A stretch of 64,000 nt of DNA from Candidatus Planktophila sp. (GCA_037620605.1 JASJLO010000021.1:48415-112414); one strand, 5' to 3'. Shown: positions 49,603-58,692, numbered from the stretch's first letter. The notes: generated from the sequence alone by a model not told the origin. Program-made: numbers and translations.

Positions 49603-50670
49603 CTAATTTCCCAATACTCCGTTATTGCGAGTTAGCGCACTTTTCAATAAGTGTGTGATGACATCGGTGTACAAAACACCTGTTGCAGACCACATCTTGG
49701 GAAAGGCTGATGTAGCGGTAAATCCCGGCATCGTATTTAGTTCATTGATAATTACTTCGCCATTTGGGGTTAAGAAAAAATCCACGCGCGCCAAGCCAGA
49801 GCAGCCTAGAGAGATAAAGGCATCAACTGCCTTGGCACGTATTTCATCACTGATTTTCTGATCAATTGGAGCGGGAAGTTCGATAGTTGTGGCGCCATCT
49901 AAATACTTTGCCGTAAAATCATAAAATTCATAATTGGCATCAATTTTTATCTGTCCCGGCAGCGAAGCTTTGGCGACTCCATCAATTTCTAAAACCGCAC
50001 ACTCTATTTCTGCGCCACGGATTTCCTCTTCAACTAAAGCTTTCGTATCGAATTTAAAGGCTTCAGCAAGTGCAGCGGCGAAATCTGCGGCGAATTTAAC
50101 TTTAGTGGCTCCCCGGGAAGAGCCCCCACGCGCTGGTTTAACAAATAACGGATAACCAAGTTGATCTGCCTCTTTTTGTATAGCAGCAGATTCTTTCTGC
50201 CACTCTGTTTGGCGAACTACAAACCCTGTCGCCACTTTAATGCCTATAGAGGCAAAGATTGGCTTAGCAAAAGACTTATCCATTGCAGCTGCAGATGCTA
50301 GAACACCAGAGCCAACATATGAGATATCTACAATTTCCAATAACCCTTGAATCGTGCCATCTTCACCGTAAGGGCCATGAAGCAAAGGAAAGACGATATC
50401 GATATCTAAATTCTTACCTGAAGCGCTAAATCCATCAACGCTAAGCGCGACTGTCTGTCCATGATCTGCAATTTCTGGTAGCACACCATTGCTTATGGTT
50501 AGACGGTGGCTTTCAGGCAGATGAAACCACTTACCTGTCTTGCTAATACCAATTAATACCGGCTCATATTTGTTGCGATCGATCGCTGAAAGAACCCCTC
50601 CGGCAGAAATACAAGATATTTCGTGTTCGCTTGAGCGTCCACCGCAAATAATGGCAACTCGCTGCTTCAT
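49603..50670 (-). CDS. ddl: D-alanine--D-alanine ligase
   Basis: GGRSSEHEIS, LHGPYGEDGTIQG, an ATP-grasp domain, and the C-terminal NELNTMPGFT. Confidence 0.95.
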   Translation of the reverse strand: MKQRVAIICGGRSSEHEISCISAGGVLSAIDRNKYEPVLIGISKTGKWFHLPESHRLTISNGVLPEIADHGQTVALSVDGFSASGKNLDIDIVFPLLHGPYGEDGTIQGLLEIVDISYVGSGVLASAAAMDKSFAKPIFASIGIKVATGFVVRQTEWQKESAAIQKEADQLGYPLFVKPARGGSSRGATKVKFAADFAAALAEAFKFDTKALVEEEIRGAEIECAVLEIDGVAKASLPGQIKIDANYEFYDFTAKYLDGATTIELPAPIDQKISDEIRAKAVDAFISLGCSGLARVDFFLTPNGEVIINELNTMPGFTATSAFPKMWSATGVLYTDVITHLLKSALTRNNGVLGN

Positions 50671-51668
50671 CGTATGAAGTTCTCTGCTTTAGTGGTTATC
50701 TCCATCAGCCATAGCAGAGCTTGCGTTGGTGACATTGACCCACTGACAATATTGGCGACTGCTTCGATAACGGGGACTTCGACACCAACTCTGTGAGCAA
50801 TCTCTAAAATTGCGCCGGACGAAGAAACGCCTTCTACAGTCTTGGCGCTCTGAGATAAGGCAAGATCCATTGCGCCAGTCTTGCCAAGTAATTCTCCAAA
50901 TGTTCGGTTGCGCGAAAGTGGCGATCCACAAGTTGCCACCAAATCCCCCATGCCAGCTAATCCGGCAGCGCTCAATGGATCAGCTCCATGGGCCGCACAC
51001 AACCTTGCCACCTCATTAAGCCCGCGCGTAATTAGCATCGCCTGCGTATTTTCGCCAAAACCTAGCCCAATGGAGATACCGACTGCAACTGCGATCACAT
51101 TTTTTATCGCTCCTGCTAATTCACAACCAAGAAGATCCACTGATGTATAAACACGATAATAGGGTGTAGTAAATAGCGCTCGAACTTCTTCGGCAACTGA
51201 AATTTCAGTAGCCGCTGCGACCGCTCCTGCTGGTTGGCGCAGAATCAGCTCATCGGACAAATTTGGACCAGTAATTAGCGCAAGTTTCTGTGAACCCAGA
51301 ATCTCTTGGATTACCTCAGTCATCCGCAATTGTGAACTTACCTCAATGCCTTTTAACGTACTGATAATTAAAGAGCCATCACTAAATCGGGACTTCCAGC
51401 CTTCCAAGGTTTTTCGGAGTTGTTGTGAAGGGATCGCTAAAATATAGATCGAAGTGAAATTAAAAGCCTCATCTAAATTTGTCGTCGCAGTAATTGAGGT
51501 AGGCAATTGGTAGCCACCTAAGTACTTTTTATTAGTCCGTGATTCATTAATTTCATTAACTACATCTTCGCTACGACCCCAAAGCAGGACTTCATTGCCG
51601 GCATCACTTAAAACTTGCGCCAGAGTCGACCCCCAGGCGCCTGCTCCAAATACCGTTACCTTGCTCAT
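50667..51668 (-). CDS. gpsA: NAD(P)H-dependent glycerol-3-phosphate dehydrogenase
   Basis: VFGAGAWGSTLA, GPNLSDE, KNVIAVAVGI and SRNRTFG. Confidence 0.95.
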   Translation of the reverse strand: MSKVTVFGAGAWGSTLAQVLSDAGNEVLLWGRSEDVVNEINESRTNKKYLGGYQLPTSITATTNLDEAFNFTSIYILAIPSQQLRKTLEGWKSRFSDGSLIISTLKGIEVSSQLRMTEVIQEILGSQKLALITGPNLSDELILRQPAGAVAAATEISVAEEVRALFTTPYYRVYTSVDLLGCELAGAIKNVIAVAVGISIGLGFGENTQAMLITRGLNEVARLCAAHGADPLSAAGLAGMGDLVATCGSPLSRNRTFGELLGKTGAMDLALSQSAKTVEGVSSSGAILEIAHRVGVEVPVIEAVANIVSGSMSPTQALLWLMEITTKAENFIR

Positions 51669-52450
51669 TTTCTTCTCGATTTCTTTTTGAAATTACCTGT
51701 ACGGGGTAAATCAGATGTATGCGGGTCAAAGATTACTTCAGGTCGCTTCTCTCCACGAATTCCTTCGAGCAAAGTCGTAATATCCCGCATAACAGCGGCA
51801 GTTGCTGCGATTAAAGCTTGCGGATCATCGGCCTTACCTGCCCACTTGGATAGATCGACCGGTTTGCCGGCGACTATTGTTATTTGAGTTCGTGGGAAAA
51901 TTCGCAGCTTCTTTGAATAAGTTGGCATCAAAATTTGCGAACCCCACTGCGCAACTGGGATCACAGGCGTATTCGTTGAAAGCGCTAATCGAACTAACCC
52001 AGTTTTGGCAATCATGGGCCAATGCTCTAGATCTCGTGAGAGCGTTCCCTCTGGATATACACCAAGTAAATGTCCAGATTGCAGAAGCAACTTGGCATGG
52101 TCAACCGCTTTACTGGCATTTGGAGTCTCTCGTTCAACTGGAACCTGTCCGGCGGCTAAGAGTATTCGGCCAATAATTGGCACCCTAAAAACGCCTACCT
52201 TTCCCAGAAATCGCGGAGCCCTGCCATTTTCAAATAAAAAATGGGCAAAATTTAAAACATCAAAGTATGAGAGGTGATTATTGGCAACGATCACCGCTCC
52301 GCTCTTTGGAATATTTTCAGCACCAACCCAAGTTCGCTTAGTAATCAATTTTATTAGCGGGATAACAATTCCTGCACAAATCTTAAAAGTTCGATTTGTG
52401 CCGAGCGGATACCCAGTAGGTGGCGCATATGAAACGCGCATCTTTGCCAT
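51665..52450 (-). CDS. plsC: 1-acyl-sn-glycerol-3-phosphate acyltransferase (lysophospholipid acyltransferase family)
   Basis: NHLSYFD (HX4D) and YPEGT motifs. Confidence 0.85.
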   Translation of the reverse strand: MAKMRVSYAPPTGYPLGTNRTFKICAGIVIPLIKLITKRTWVGAENIPKSGAVIVANNHLSYFDVLNFAHFLFENGRAPRFLGKVGVFRVPIIGRILLAAGQVPVERETPNASKAVDHAKLLLQSGHLLGVYPEGTLSRDLEHWPMIAKTGLVRLALSTNTPVIPVAQWGSQILMPTYSKKLRIFPRTQITIVAGKPVDLSKWAGKADDPQALIAATAAVMRDITTLLEGIRGEKRPEVIFDPHTSDLPRTGNFKKKSRRK

Positions 52451-52471
52451 AGCTTAATATTAGCGGCAAAG

Positions 52472-52508
52472 AAAAACTAGGGCCAACAATCGCTGACCCT
52501 AGTTTTTT
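52472..52508. terminator. Bidirectional rho-independent terminator downstream of hupB
   Basis: AAAAA-CTAGGG-(14 nt)-CCCTAG-TTTTTT. The stem is flanked by an A-run and a T-run, so a U-tract follows it on either strand. Confidence 0.65.
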
Positions 52509-52548
52509 AACTTGTTAAATCTTTACCTTTAATTACTGAAAAGAGATG

Positions 52549-53007
52549 CTATTTCTTCTTCTTGGCCGCTTTCTTCACGACCTTCTTAGCTGCTGGCTTC
52601 TTCTTGGCCGCTTTCTTCACGACCTTCTTAGCTGCTGGCTTCTTCTTGGCCGCTTTCTTTGGCGCTGCCTTCTTAGCAACTGGTTTAGCAACAGGCTTTG
52701 GTTCTGGCTTTGGAGCGGGACCTAGCTTGCGCTCTCCTGAGATTACATCCTTTAATCCTTTTGCGGGAAGAAAGCGTGCCTTCTTAGAAGCTTTAATCTT
52801 GATTGTCTCGCCAGTAAATGGATTACGTCCCATACGAGCCTTGCGATCAACCTTCTTAAACTTACCGAAATCGTTAATCATTACATCTTCGCCCTTTGAC
52901 ATTGTGCGAGTGATTGTGTCGAAAACGATTTCCACAGCGTGGGTTGCTTCTTTCTTGCTGTCGTTGAAGTGTGGGGCCAACGCGGCAATAAGTTGTGCCT
53001 TATTCAT
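52549..53007 (-). CDS. hupB: HU-family DNA-binding protein with Lys/Ala/Pro-rich histone-H1-like C-terminal tail (HupB/Hlp-like)
   Basis: MNKAQLIAAL...GRNPFTGETIKI HU fold, followed by (P)AAKKVVKKAAKKK repeats. Confidence 0.93.
   Translation of the reverse strand: MNKAQLIAALAPHFNDSKKEATHAVEIVFDTITRTMSKGEDVMINDFGKFKKVDRKARMGRNPFTGETIKIKASKKARFLPAKGLKDVISGERKLGPAPKPEPKPVAKPVAKKAAPKKAAKKKPAAKKVVKKAAKKKPAAKKVVKKAAKKKK
52558..52659. repeat. Perfect 42-bp tandem repeat (2.4 copies) inside the hupB tail-coding region
   Basis: The unit CTTCTTGGCCGCTTTCTTCACGACCTTCTTAGCTGCTGGCTT occurs at 52558 and 52600, with a partial copy from 52642. It encodes repeated KKPAAKKVVKKAAK. Confidence 0.9.
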
Positions 53008-53263
53008 CTAAATCCCCTTAGATCTAAGCGTAAATTAAGCCTTTGCTTAACTTGTGGCTAAAACTTAAACCGTCAAATGGGGTGAGAGCGATATTAACGT
53101 GGGCGTGTCGCAATTTAATATTTTGCGAAAAACGCAGTTTTTACGCGTAAAAAACTCTCATTTACAACTTTAGAGTTATATCCAAAACGATCACCTCATC
53201 GTAGAAGTGAGCCTTTTACGCTGGTTTTGGAACACTTTTTATAAAAGCTATTTCTAAAGAAAG

Positions 53264-53869
53264 TTAGATACGAATTGGTAGCGTTTTAGGCTTATAAGAA
53301 GGGCGCTGCACTTCAAAGGCATCGATCGCGCCTGTGTGTTTTAACGTTAAACCAATGTCGTCTAAGCCCTCCATCAAACGCCAACGGGTGTAGCCATCTA
53401 ATTCGAAGGCCACGGTAGTTGCACCGTATGAAACTGTGCGAGCTTCTAAGTCAACTGTTATCGCAGTTCTCGGATCACTTTCAATCACCGTCCAGATAGC
53501 CTCAACATCAACTTGCGGCAAGATAACGGTAAGCAGGCCACCCTTAAGCGAATTGCCACGGAAGATATCGGCAAAACGGCTAGAGATGACAACTTTAAAA
53601 CCGTAGTTCTGCAGCGCCCAAACCGCATGTTCGCGCGATGAGCCAGTACCGAATTCTGGACCTGCTACAAGAATAGTGCCGGCCTTGTATTGCGGTTGAT
53701 TTAAGACAAACTCAGGATCATTGCGCCAAGCAGCAAAGAGGCCATCTTCAAAACCGCTCCGAGTTACGCGCTTTAAATAAACCGCAGGGATGATCTGGTC
53801 GGTATCAACATTGCTACGACGAAGTGGAATTGCAGTACCTGTGTGTTTAACAAATTTTTCCATTGCCAT
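53264..53869 (-). CDS. leuD: 3-isopropylmalate dehydratase small subunit
   Basis: 201 aa: VDTDQIIPA and [13 protein letters not shown]. Confidence 0.95.
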   Translation of the reverse strand: MAMEKFVKHTGTAIPLRRSNVDTDQIIPAVYLKRVTRSGFEDGLFAAWRNDPEFVLNQPQYKAGTILVAGPEFGTGSSREHAVWALQNYGFKVVISSRFADIFRGNSLKGGLLTVILPQVDVEAIWTVIESDPRTAITVDLEARTVSYGATTVAFELDGYTRWRLMEGLDDIGLTLKHTGAIDAFEVQRPSYKPKTLPIRI

Positions 53870-53889
53870 ATCTCTCTCCTATCCCGTTC

Positions 53890-55281
53890 TTACAAATCCG
53901 CCGGCGAGGAGAGCGTGCCGCGAATCGCGGTAGCTGCTGCAACAAGTGGGCTAACTAAGTGAGTACGGCCACCTTTACCTTGGCGACCTTCAAAGTTTCT
54001 ATTTGATGTAGAAGCAGATCTTTCACCAACGCCTAACTGATCTGGGTTCATACCCAAACACATTGAACATCCCGCGTTGCGCCATTCTGCGCCAGCATCT
54101 AAGAAGACTTTATCCAACCCTTCTTTCATCGCTTGCTGACGAACGCGCTCTGAACCTGGCACAACTAACATACGAAGTGTTGCAGCGATTTTCTTACCTT
54201 CCAGAACAGATGCGGCAGCACGTAAATCTTCGATTCGCCCGTTGGTGCAAGAGCCTAAGAAAACAGTATCTATTGCTATATTTTTAAGCGGTGTCCCAGC
54301 AGTTAGACCCATATATTCCAAAGCCCGTTCGGCAGCGCCCCGTTCTTCAGAATCTTTAATCTCTGCCGGATTTGGTACCGATGCATTTAGCGGTAGGCCC
54401 TGTCCCGGGTTGGTTCCCCAAGTGACAAATGGTTCCAACTTGTCAGCGTCAAGAGTGATCTCAAGATCGAATTTGGTATCGCTATCTGTAAATAGCGTCT
54501 CCCAATACTTTTGCGCCGATGCAAAATCTTCTGGCGCATGTGGCTTGCCTTTGATGTAGTCAAAAGTTTTTTGATCTGGTGCGATCAAACCGGCACGCGC
54601 ACCAGCTTCAATCGACATATTACATACTGTCATGCGGCCTTCCATTGACAGTTCACGAATAGCAGAGCCGCGGTATTCAATGATGTAACCCTGTCCCCCA
54701 CCAGTACCTATTTGGGCAATAATCGCCAAGATAACATCTTTGGCGGTAACACCTGGCTTAAGGGTTCCTTCAACATTTATCGCCATAGTTTTTGGACGAT
54801 TTGATGGAAGTGTCTGCGTTGCAAGAACGTGTTCTACTTCAGATGTTCCGATTCCAAATGCTATCGCACCGAAAGCGCCATGTGTTGATGTATGCGAGTC
54901 TCCGCATACGATTGTCATCCCCGGTTGGGTTATTCCAAGTTGCGGCCCAACCACATGCACAACTCCTTGATCGGCATCTCCAAGTGAGTGAATACGAACG
55001 CCAAATTCTTTAGCGTTATTGCGTAAGGTATCGATCTGTAACTTTGATACTGGGTCGGCGATAGGCTTTAAAATATCGAGCGTAGGGGTATTGTGATCTT
55101 CGGTTGCAATTGTTAATTCTGGGCGGCGGACTTTACGCCCTGCTGAGCGAAGCCCATCAAAGGCTTGTGCGCTTGTTACTTCATGTACTAGTTGCAAATC
55201 GATATAAAGTAGATCAGGTTCACCTTCTGCTGAGCGAACGATATGGTCATCCCAAATCTTCTCTGCCAGTGTTTTTCCCAT
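53890..55281 (-). CDS. leuC: 3-isopropylmalate dehydratase large subunit
   Basis: [24 protein letters not shown] and [10 protein letters not shown]. Confidence 0.95.
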   Translation of the reverse strand: MGKTLAEKIWDDHIVRSAEGEPDLLYIDLQLVHEVTSAQAFDGLRSAGRKVRRPELTIATEDHNTPTLDILKPIADPVSKLQIDTLRNNAKEFGVRIHSLGDADQGVVHVVGPQLGITQPGMTIVCGDSHTSTHGAFGAIAFGIGTSEVEHVLATQTLPSNRPKTMAINVEGTLKPGVTAKDVILAIIAQIGTGGGQGYIIEYRGSAIRELSMEGRMTVCNMSIEAGARAGLIAPDQKTFDYIKGKPHAPEDFASAQKYWETLFTDSDTKFDLEITLDADKLEPFVTWGTNPGQGLPLNASVPNPAEIKDSEERGAAERALEYMGLTAGTPLKNIAIDTVFLGSCTNGRIEDLRAAASVLEGKKIAATLRMLVVPGSERVRQQAMKEGLDKVFLDAGAEWRNAGCSMCLGMNPDQLGVGERSASTSNRNFEGRQGKGGRTHLVSPLVAAATAIRGTLSSPADL

Positions 55282-55370
55282 AATCTACTTACTCTCCCTT
55301 TATATTGCACCACATGGAATGGAATGCTAAAAAGATTGCATCTCATAGAATGGGATGATAATCTCGCTGC

Positions 55371-56087
55371 GTGGATAAGAATAATAGCCGAGTTGGCGTT
55401 TTAGATAAAGCCGTAACTATCCTGGGCACGCTTGAATCTGGCCCGCATTCGCTAGCTGAGCTGGTGGCTGTTACAGGAATTGCCCGCCCTACCGCTCATA
55501 GATTAGCTGTCGCCCTAGAGCACCATCGCCTGGTAACTCGCGATCTACGAGGTCGTTTTGTGCTTGGCGCCAGACCAGGAGAATTAGCGGCAGCAGCCGG
55601 TGAAGATCGCCTACTTGCCGCAGCCGCCCCTGCGCTGACCGCTTTGCGCGATGCAACTGGAGAGAGCGCACAACTTTATCGCCGCCAAGGCGATATACGC
55701 ATCTGTGTTGCAGTCGCTGAACGTTTATCTGGCCTACGCGATTCAGTTCCTGTTGGCGGTTCGCTCACAATGCAGGCGGGTTCAGCGGCTCAAATACTTT
55801 TAGCTTGGGAAGATTCGGAGAAGATTCACCGCGGCGTCAAGAACGCGCGATTTACCGCAGTACATTTGGCGGCAGATCGCCGCCGCGGATGGGCGCAATC
55901 TGTAGGAGAGCGCGAAGCGGGAGTTGCATCTGTTAGTGCACCCGTTAAAGGGCCAAATGGAAAGGTAATCGCCGCCGTATCGATCTCAGGGCCGATTGAG
56001 AGGTTAGGACGACAGCCAGGAAGAATTCATTCCGCCGCGGTCGTTGCCACCGCCGTCCGATTAACTGAACACCTAGCAAAAAATTAA
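55371..56087 (+). CDS. IclR-family transcriptional regulator (LtbR-like, divergent from leuCD)
   Basis: N-terminal wHTH (LDKAVTILGTLESGPHSLAELVAVTGIARPTAHRL) plus an IclR effector domain. Confidence 0.88.
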   Translation: MDKNNSRVGVLDKAVTILGTLESGPHSLAELVAVTGIARPTAHRLAVALEHHRLVTRDLRGRFVLGARPGELAAAAGEDRLLAAAAPALTALRDATGESAQLYRRQGDIRICVAVAERLSGLRDSVPVGGSLTMQAGSAAQILLAWEDSEKIHRGVKNARFTAVHLAADRRRGWAQSVGEREAGVASVSAPVKGPNGKVIAAVSISGPIERLGRQPGRIHSAAVVATAVRLTEHLAKN

Positions 56088-56569
56088 ATACTTAAAAGAT
56101 CTAACTCTTTTAAAACTTGCGAGATGATTCCAAATCCAAATCCCTTACGTTGCAGCAGGGATTGAATTCGACGAACCTGAACATCTGGCTCAAGGCGTGA
56201 CATGGTATTTAATTTTTTAAATGCCAAATCAAAGGCGCTGCGATATTCACTGACCTCATCTATCTCGGAGAGCGCTTCATCTATTGCGCTCTGCAGTACG
56301 CCCTTTTGACGAAGTTCTCCAGCGATAATCCGCTTTGAGATTTTTTTATGGCTATGGCGCGATTGTGCCCATGCTTTAGCGAACTCTTCATCGTTAACCA
56401 GGCCCGCTTCTTGAAGTCGGAAAATCGTCGCTTGTGCAACTTCGAGTTCGATACCCCGCGTTTTAAGGTGAGCGAGAAGCTCGCCCCTACTTTTCGCACG
56501 CGTGACGAGCGCATTTAGCGCGATCGTATGTGCTACTTCGTAAGGATCAGAGCCCTCGCCTCGTGCCAC
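56084..56569 (-). CDS. recX: Recombination regulator RecX
   Basis: 161-aa helical-repeat protein directly downstream of recA (ALNALVTRAKSRGEL...). Confidence 0.88.
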   Translation of the reverse strand: MARGEGSDPYEVAHTIALNALVTRAKSRGELLAHLKTRGIELEVAQATIFRLQEAGLVNDEEFAKAWAQSRHSHKKISKRIIAGELRQKGVLQSAIDEALSEIDEVSEYRSAFDLAFKKLNTMSRLEPDVQVRRIQSLLQRKGFGFGIISQVLKELDLLSI

Positions 56570-56589
56570 CTTTACAAATTCCAGGCTAA

Positions 56590-57672
56590 TTAGAAATCAA
56601 CCTCTACTGCTGCTTCATCGATAGCTGCCACAAGTTCGGCATCTACCTCTACAGGGGCAAAGTGTGCCCGAATCTTGCTCTCGATCTCATTGGCTAGATC
56701 GGGGTTATCCAGGAGGAAGGCGCGGGAATTTTCTTTTCCTTGACCCAGTTGATCAGTCTCGTAGGTATACCAAGCTCCGGCTTTCTTTACTATCCCGATC
56801 TCTACACCGAGATCGATAAGTGAGCCTTCACGAGAAATACCTGTGCCGTAGATAATGTCGAACTCTGCCTGCTTAAATGGTGGAGCCATCTTGTTTTTGA
56901 CAACCTTGACGCGTGTGCGGTTACCGACAGATTCGGTACCATCTTTTAGAGTTTCAATGCGACGGATATCCAGGCGAACTGAAGCATAGAATTTAAGTGC
57001 CTTGCCGCCGGTTGTAGTCTCGGGTGAACCGAAGAAGACGCCAATCTTTTCGCGGAGCTGGTTGATAAAGATTGCAGTTGTCTTTGATTGGTGAAGTGCG
57101 CCAGTAATTTTGCGCAAGGCTTGTGACATAAGGCGTGCTTGCAAGCCCATATGTGAGTCGCCCATCTCGCCTTCGATTTCAGCGCGCGGTACTAGCGCTG
57201 CAACTGAGTCAACGACAACGAGATCGAGGGCACCAGAACGAATTAACATATCCATAATTTCTAGCGCTTGTTCACCAGTATCTGGTTGTGAAACAAGGAG
57301 CGCATCGATATCAACGCCAAGCTTCTTTGCATACTCTGCATCGAAGGCGTGTTCTGCATCGATAAAGGCGCAGATGCCGCCGGCCTTTTGTGCATTTGCG
57401 ATTGCATGCAAGGTAAGAGTTGTCTTACCGGAAGATTCTGGTCCGTAGATTTCTACGATACGACCACGTGGAAGTCCGCCAATACCTAGCGCGATATCAA
57501 GGGCGATTGAACCAGTTGGAATAACTTCAACGATCGTATTTTGACGATCGGACATCTTCATAACTGAACCCTTACCAAACTGACGTTCAATCTGGGCGAG
57601 TGCGGTATCGAGCGCCTTCTGGCGATCGGAGGTGTTCTTCTCTTCGGCTTTACTTGCTTTTTCAGCAGCCAC
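56590..57672 (-). CDS. recA: Recombinase RecA (no intein)
   Basis: [17 protein letters not shown] and VVVDSVAAL. The GTG at 57672 lies 6 nt after AAGGAG and gives the usual N-terminus before [20 protein letters not shown]; the track start is 57705. Confidence 0.95.
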   Translation of the reverse strand: MAAEKASKAEEKNTSDRQKALDTALAQIERQFGKGSVMKMSDRQNTIVEVIPTGSIALDIALGIGGLPRGRIVEIYGPESSGKTTLTLHAIANAQKAGGICAFIDAEHAFDAEYAKKLGVDIDALLVSQPDTGEQALEIMDMLIRSGALDLVVVDSVAALVPRAEIEGEMGDSHMGLQARLMSQALRKITGALHQSKTTAIFINQLREKIGVFFGSPETTTGGKALKFYASVRLDIRRIETLKDGTESVGNRTRVKVVKNKMAPPFKQAEFDIIYGTGISREGSLIDLGVEIGIVKKAGAWYTYETDQLGQGKENSRAFLLDNPDLANEIESKIRAHFAPVEVDAELVAAIDEAAVEVDF

Positions 57673-57732
57673 GTTTTGCTCCTTTAGATAAGAACGTCTA
57701 TGCAAGATGCATATTCGTTGGTTTTGGTCCAG

Positions 57733-57754
57733 AAGGTACGGAAGGCCACCGACG
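57733..57754 (-). promoter_or_regulatory. RecA-NDp (PafBC-type) promoter-like motif, proximal copy
   Basis: Minus strand reads CGTCGGTG-GCCTTCCG-TACCTT, against the consensus tTGTCRgtg-N8-TAnnnT. It lies 61-82 nt upstream of the recA GTG. Confidence 0.5.
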
Positions 57755-57824
57755 GCCTACGAGGCTTATTGAGAGCCTGTGGGCGGAAGATGGAACCGCT
57801 CTGGTTGTGCAGGGATAACTTTAT

Positions 57825-57840
57825 CCGAACATCTGTTCGA
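57825..57840. promoter_or_regulatory. LexA (SOS) box
   Basis: Plus strand reads CCGAACATCTGTTCGA, against the actinobacterial consensus TCGAAC-N4-GTTCGA. It lies in the recA / yaaA divergent spacer. Confidence 0.75.
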
Positions 57841-57862
57841 AAGGTAGCAGGCTGCACCGACA
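57841..57862 (-). promoter_or_regulatory. RecA-NDp (PafBC-type) promoter-like motif, distal copy, abutting the LexA box
   Basis: Minus strand reads TGTCGGTG-CAGCCTGC-TACCTT, an exact fit to TGTCGGTG-N8-TAnnnT. The LexA box follows immediately downstream. Confidence 0.55.
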
Positions 57863-57904
57863 TATCTACCTGGCGTGTCGCAATCTCCATGGCAAGATGT
57901 CGCG

Positions 57905-58459
57905 GTGTTGATCCTGTTGCCCCCATCGGAGAAGAAGAACGCCACCGTTAAGCCAACCCCAGCTATATCTGTCTATAGCGGGGTGCTCTATCAGGGGCTG
58001 GATTGGTCCACTCTGACGCCGGCAGCGCGCAGGCGCGCGGTGAGCTCGATATTTATAATCTCTGCCAAATATGGCGCCGTCCGACCCGATCAGTTGATTG
58101 AGAGCTACAAGGCAAAGATTGATAATAAAGTGATGGCTGCCCCCATTGGTAAGGCGTTGGACTCAATTAAGACTGAGCTGATTATCGACTGCCGCTCTTC
58201 CACCTATAAAACAGTATGGCGCTCGCCCGTAGAAAAGACCGTTGAGGTTCACGTCTCTACCGTAGTTGATGGAGTTCGCAAGGTGGTAACTCATATGTCT
58301 AAGAAGACGCGAGGGGAGATTGCTCGTTGGCTACTGCAATCTCGTGCGGTTGCTAAAACTCCTGAGGACCTTTACGCCATAGTCTCTGAGAAATACCCAT
58401 GTGCGCTAACCCCCAGCGATGGCACAGCGCCATGGATTTTAGAAGTTATAGCAGTTTAG
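57905..58459 (+). CDS. yaaA: YaaA/DUF328 (UPF0246) peroxide-stress family protein
   Basis: The GTG at 57905 gives (M)LILLPPSEKK, matching the family N-terminus (E. coli MLILISPAKT). The track start 57875 lies inside a repeated intergenic 13-mer. Confidence 0.75.
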   Translation: MLILLPPSEKKNATVKPTPAISVYSGVLYQGLDWSTLTPAARRRAVSSIFIISAKYGAVRPDQLIESYKAKIDNKVMAAPIGKALDSIKTELIIDCRSSTYKTVWRSPVEKTVEVHVSTVVDGVRKVVTHMSKKTRGEIARWLLQSRAVAKTPEDLYAIVSEKYPCALTPSDGTAPWILEVIAV

Positions 58460-58483
58460 AAATTTTTAACTAGTACCTAAATT

Positions 58484-58687
58484 TTACTTATATTTATCAG
58501 TCTCGCTTGGGCACTGTTTGCAAACAGCCCGCCAAATTTCATCTGCTTCATAACCATCTTTTAGCGCCTCGTCAACGCTGCGACTACCAAGTTCGCTAAT
58601 GGCTATATCTTGTGCAAAAGATGGCGCCCACTGATCTCCAAAAGATAATCGCAGGCGCTCTCGTAAATCTGAAATTCGCATGGCCAC
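58484..58687 (-). CDS. DUF3046-family protein
   Basis: 67 aa: MRISDLRERL...DEIWRAVC. This small protein is conserved near recA in actinobacteria (from memory). Confidence 0.65.
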   Translation of the reverse strand: MAMRISDLRERLRLSFGDQWAPSFAQDIAISELGSRSVDEALKDGYEADEIWRAVCKQCPSETDKYK

Positions 58688-58692
58688 TAAAT

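Noticed and set aside
52562-53011. 149-aa plus-strand ORF with FFLAAFFTTFLAAG repeats
   Set aside because: It is the antisense reading of the Lys/Ala-rich hupB tail repeat, while the HU fold on the minus strand is unambiguous.
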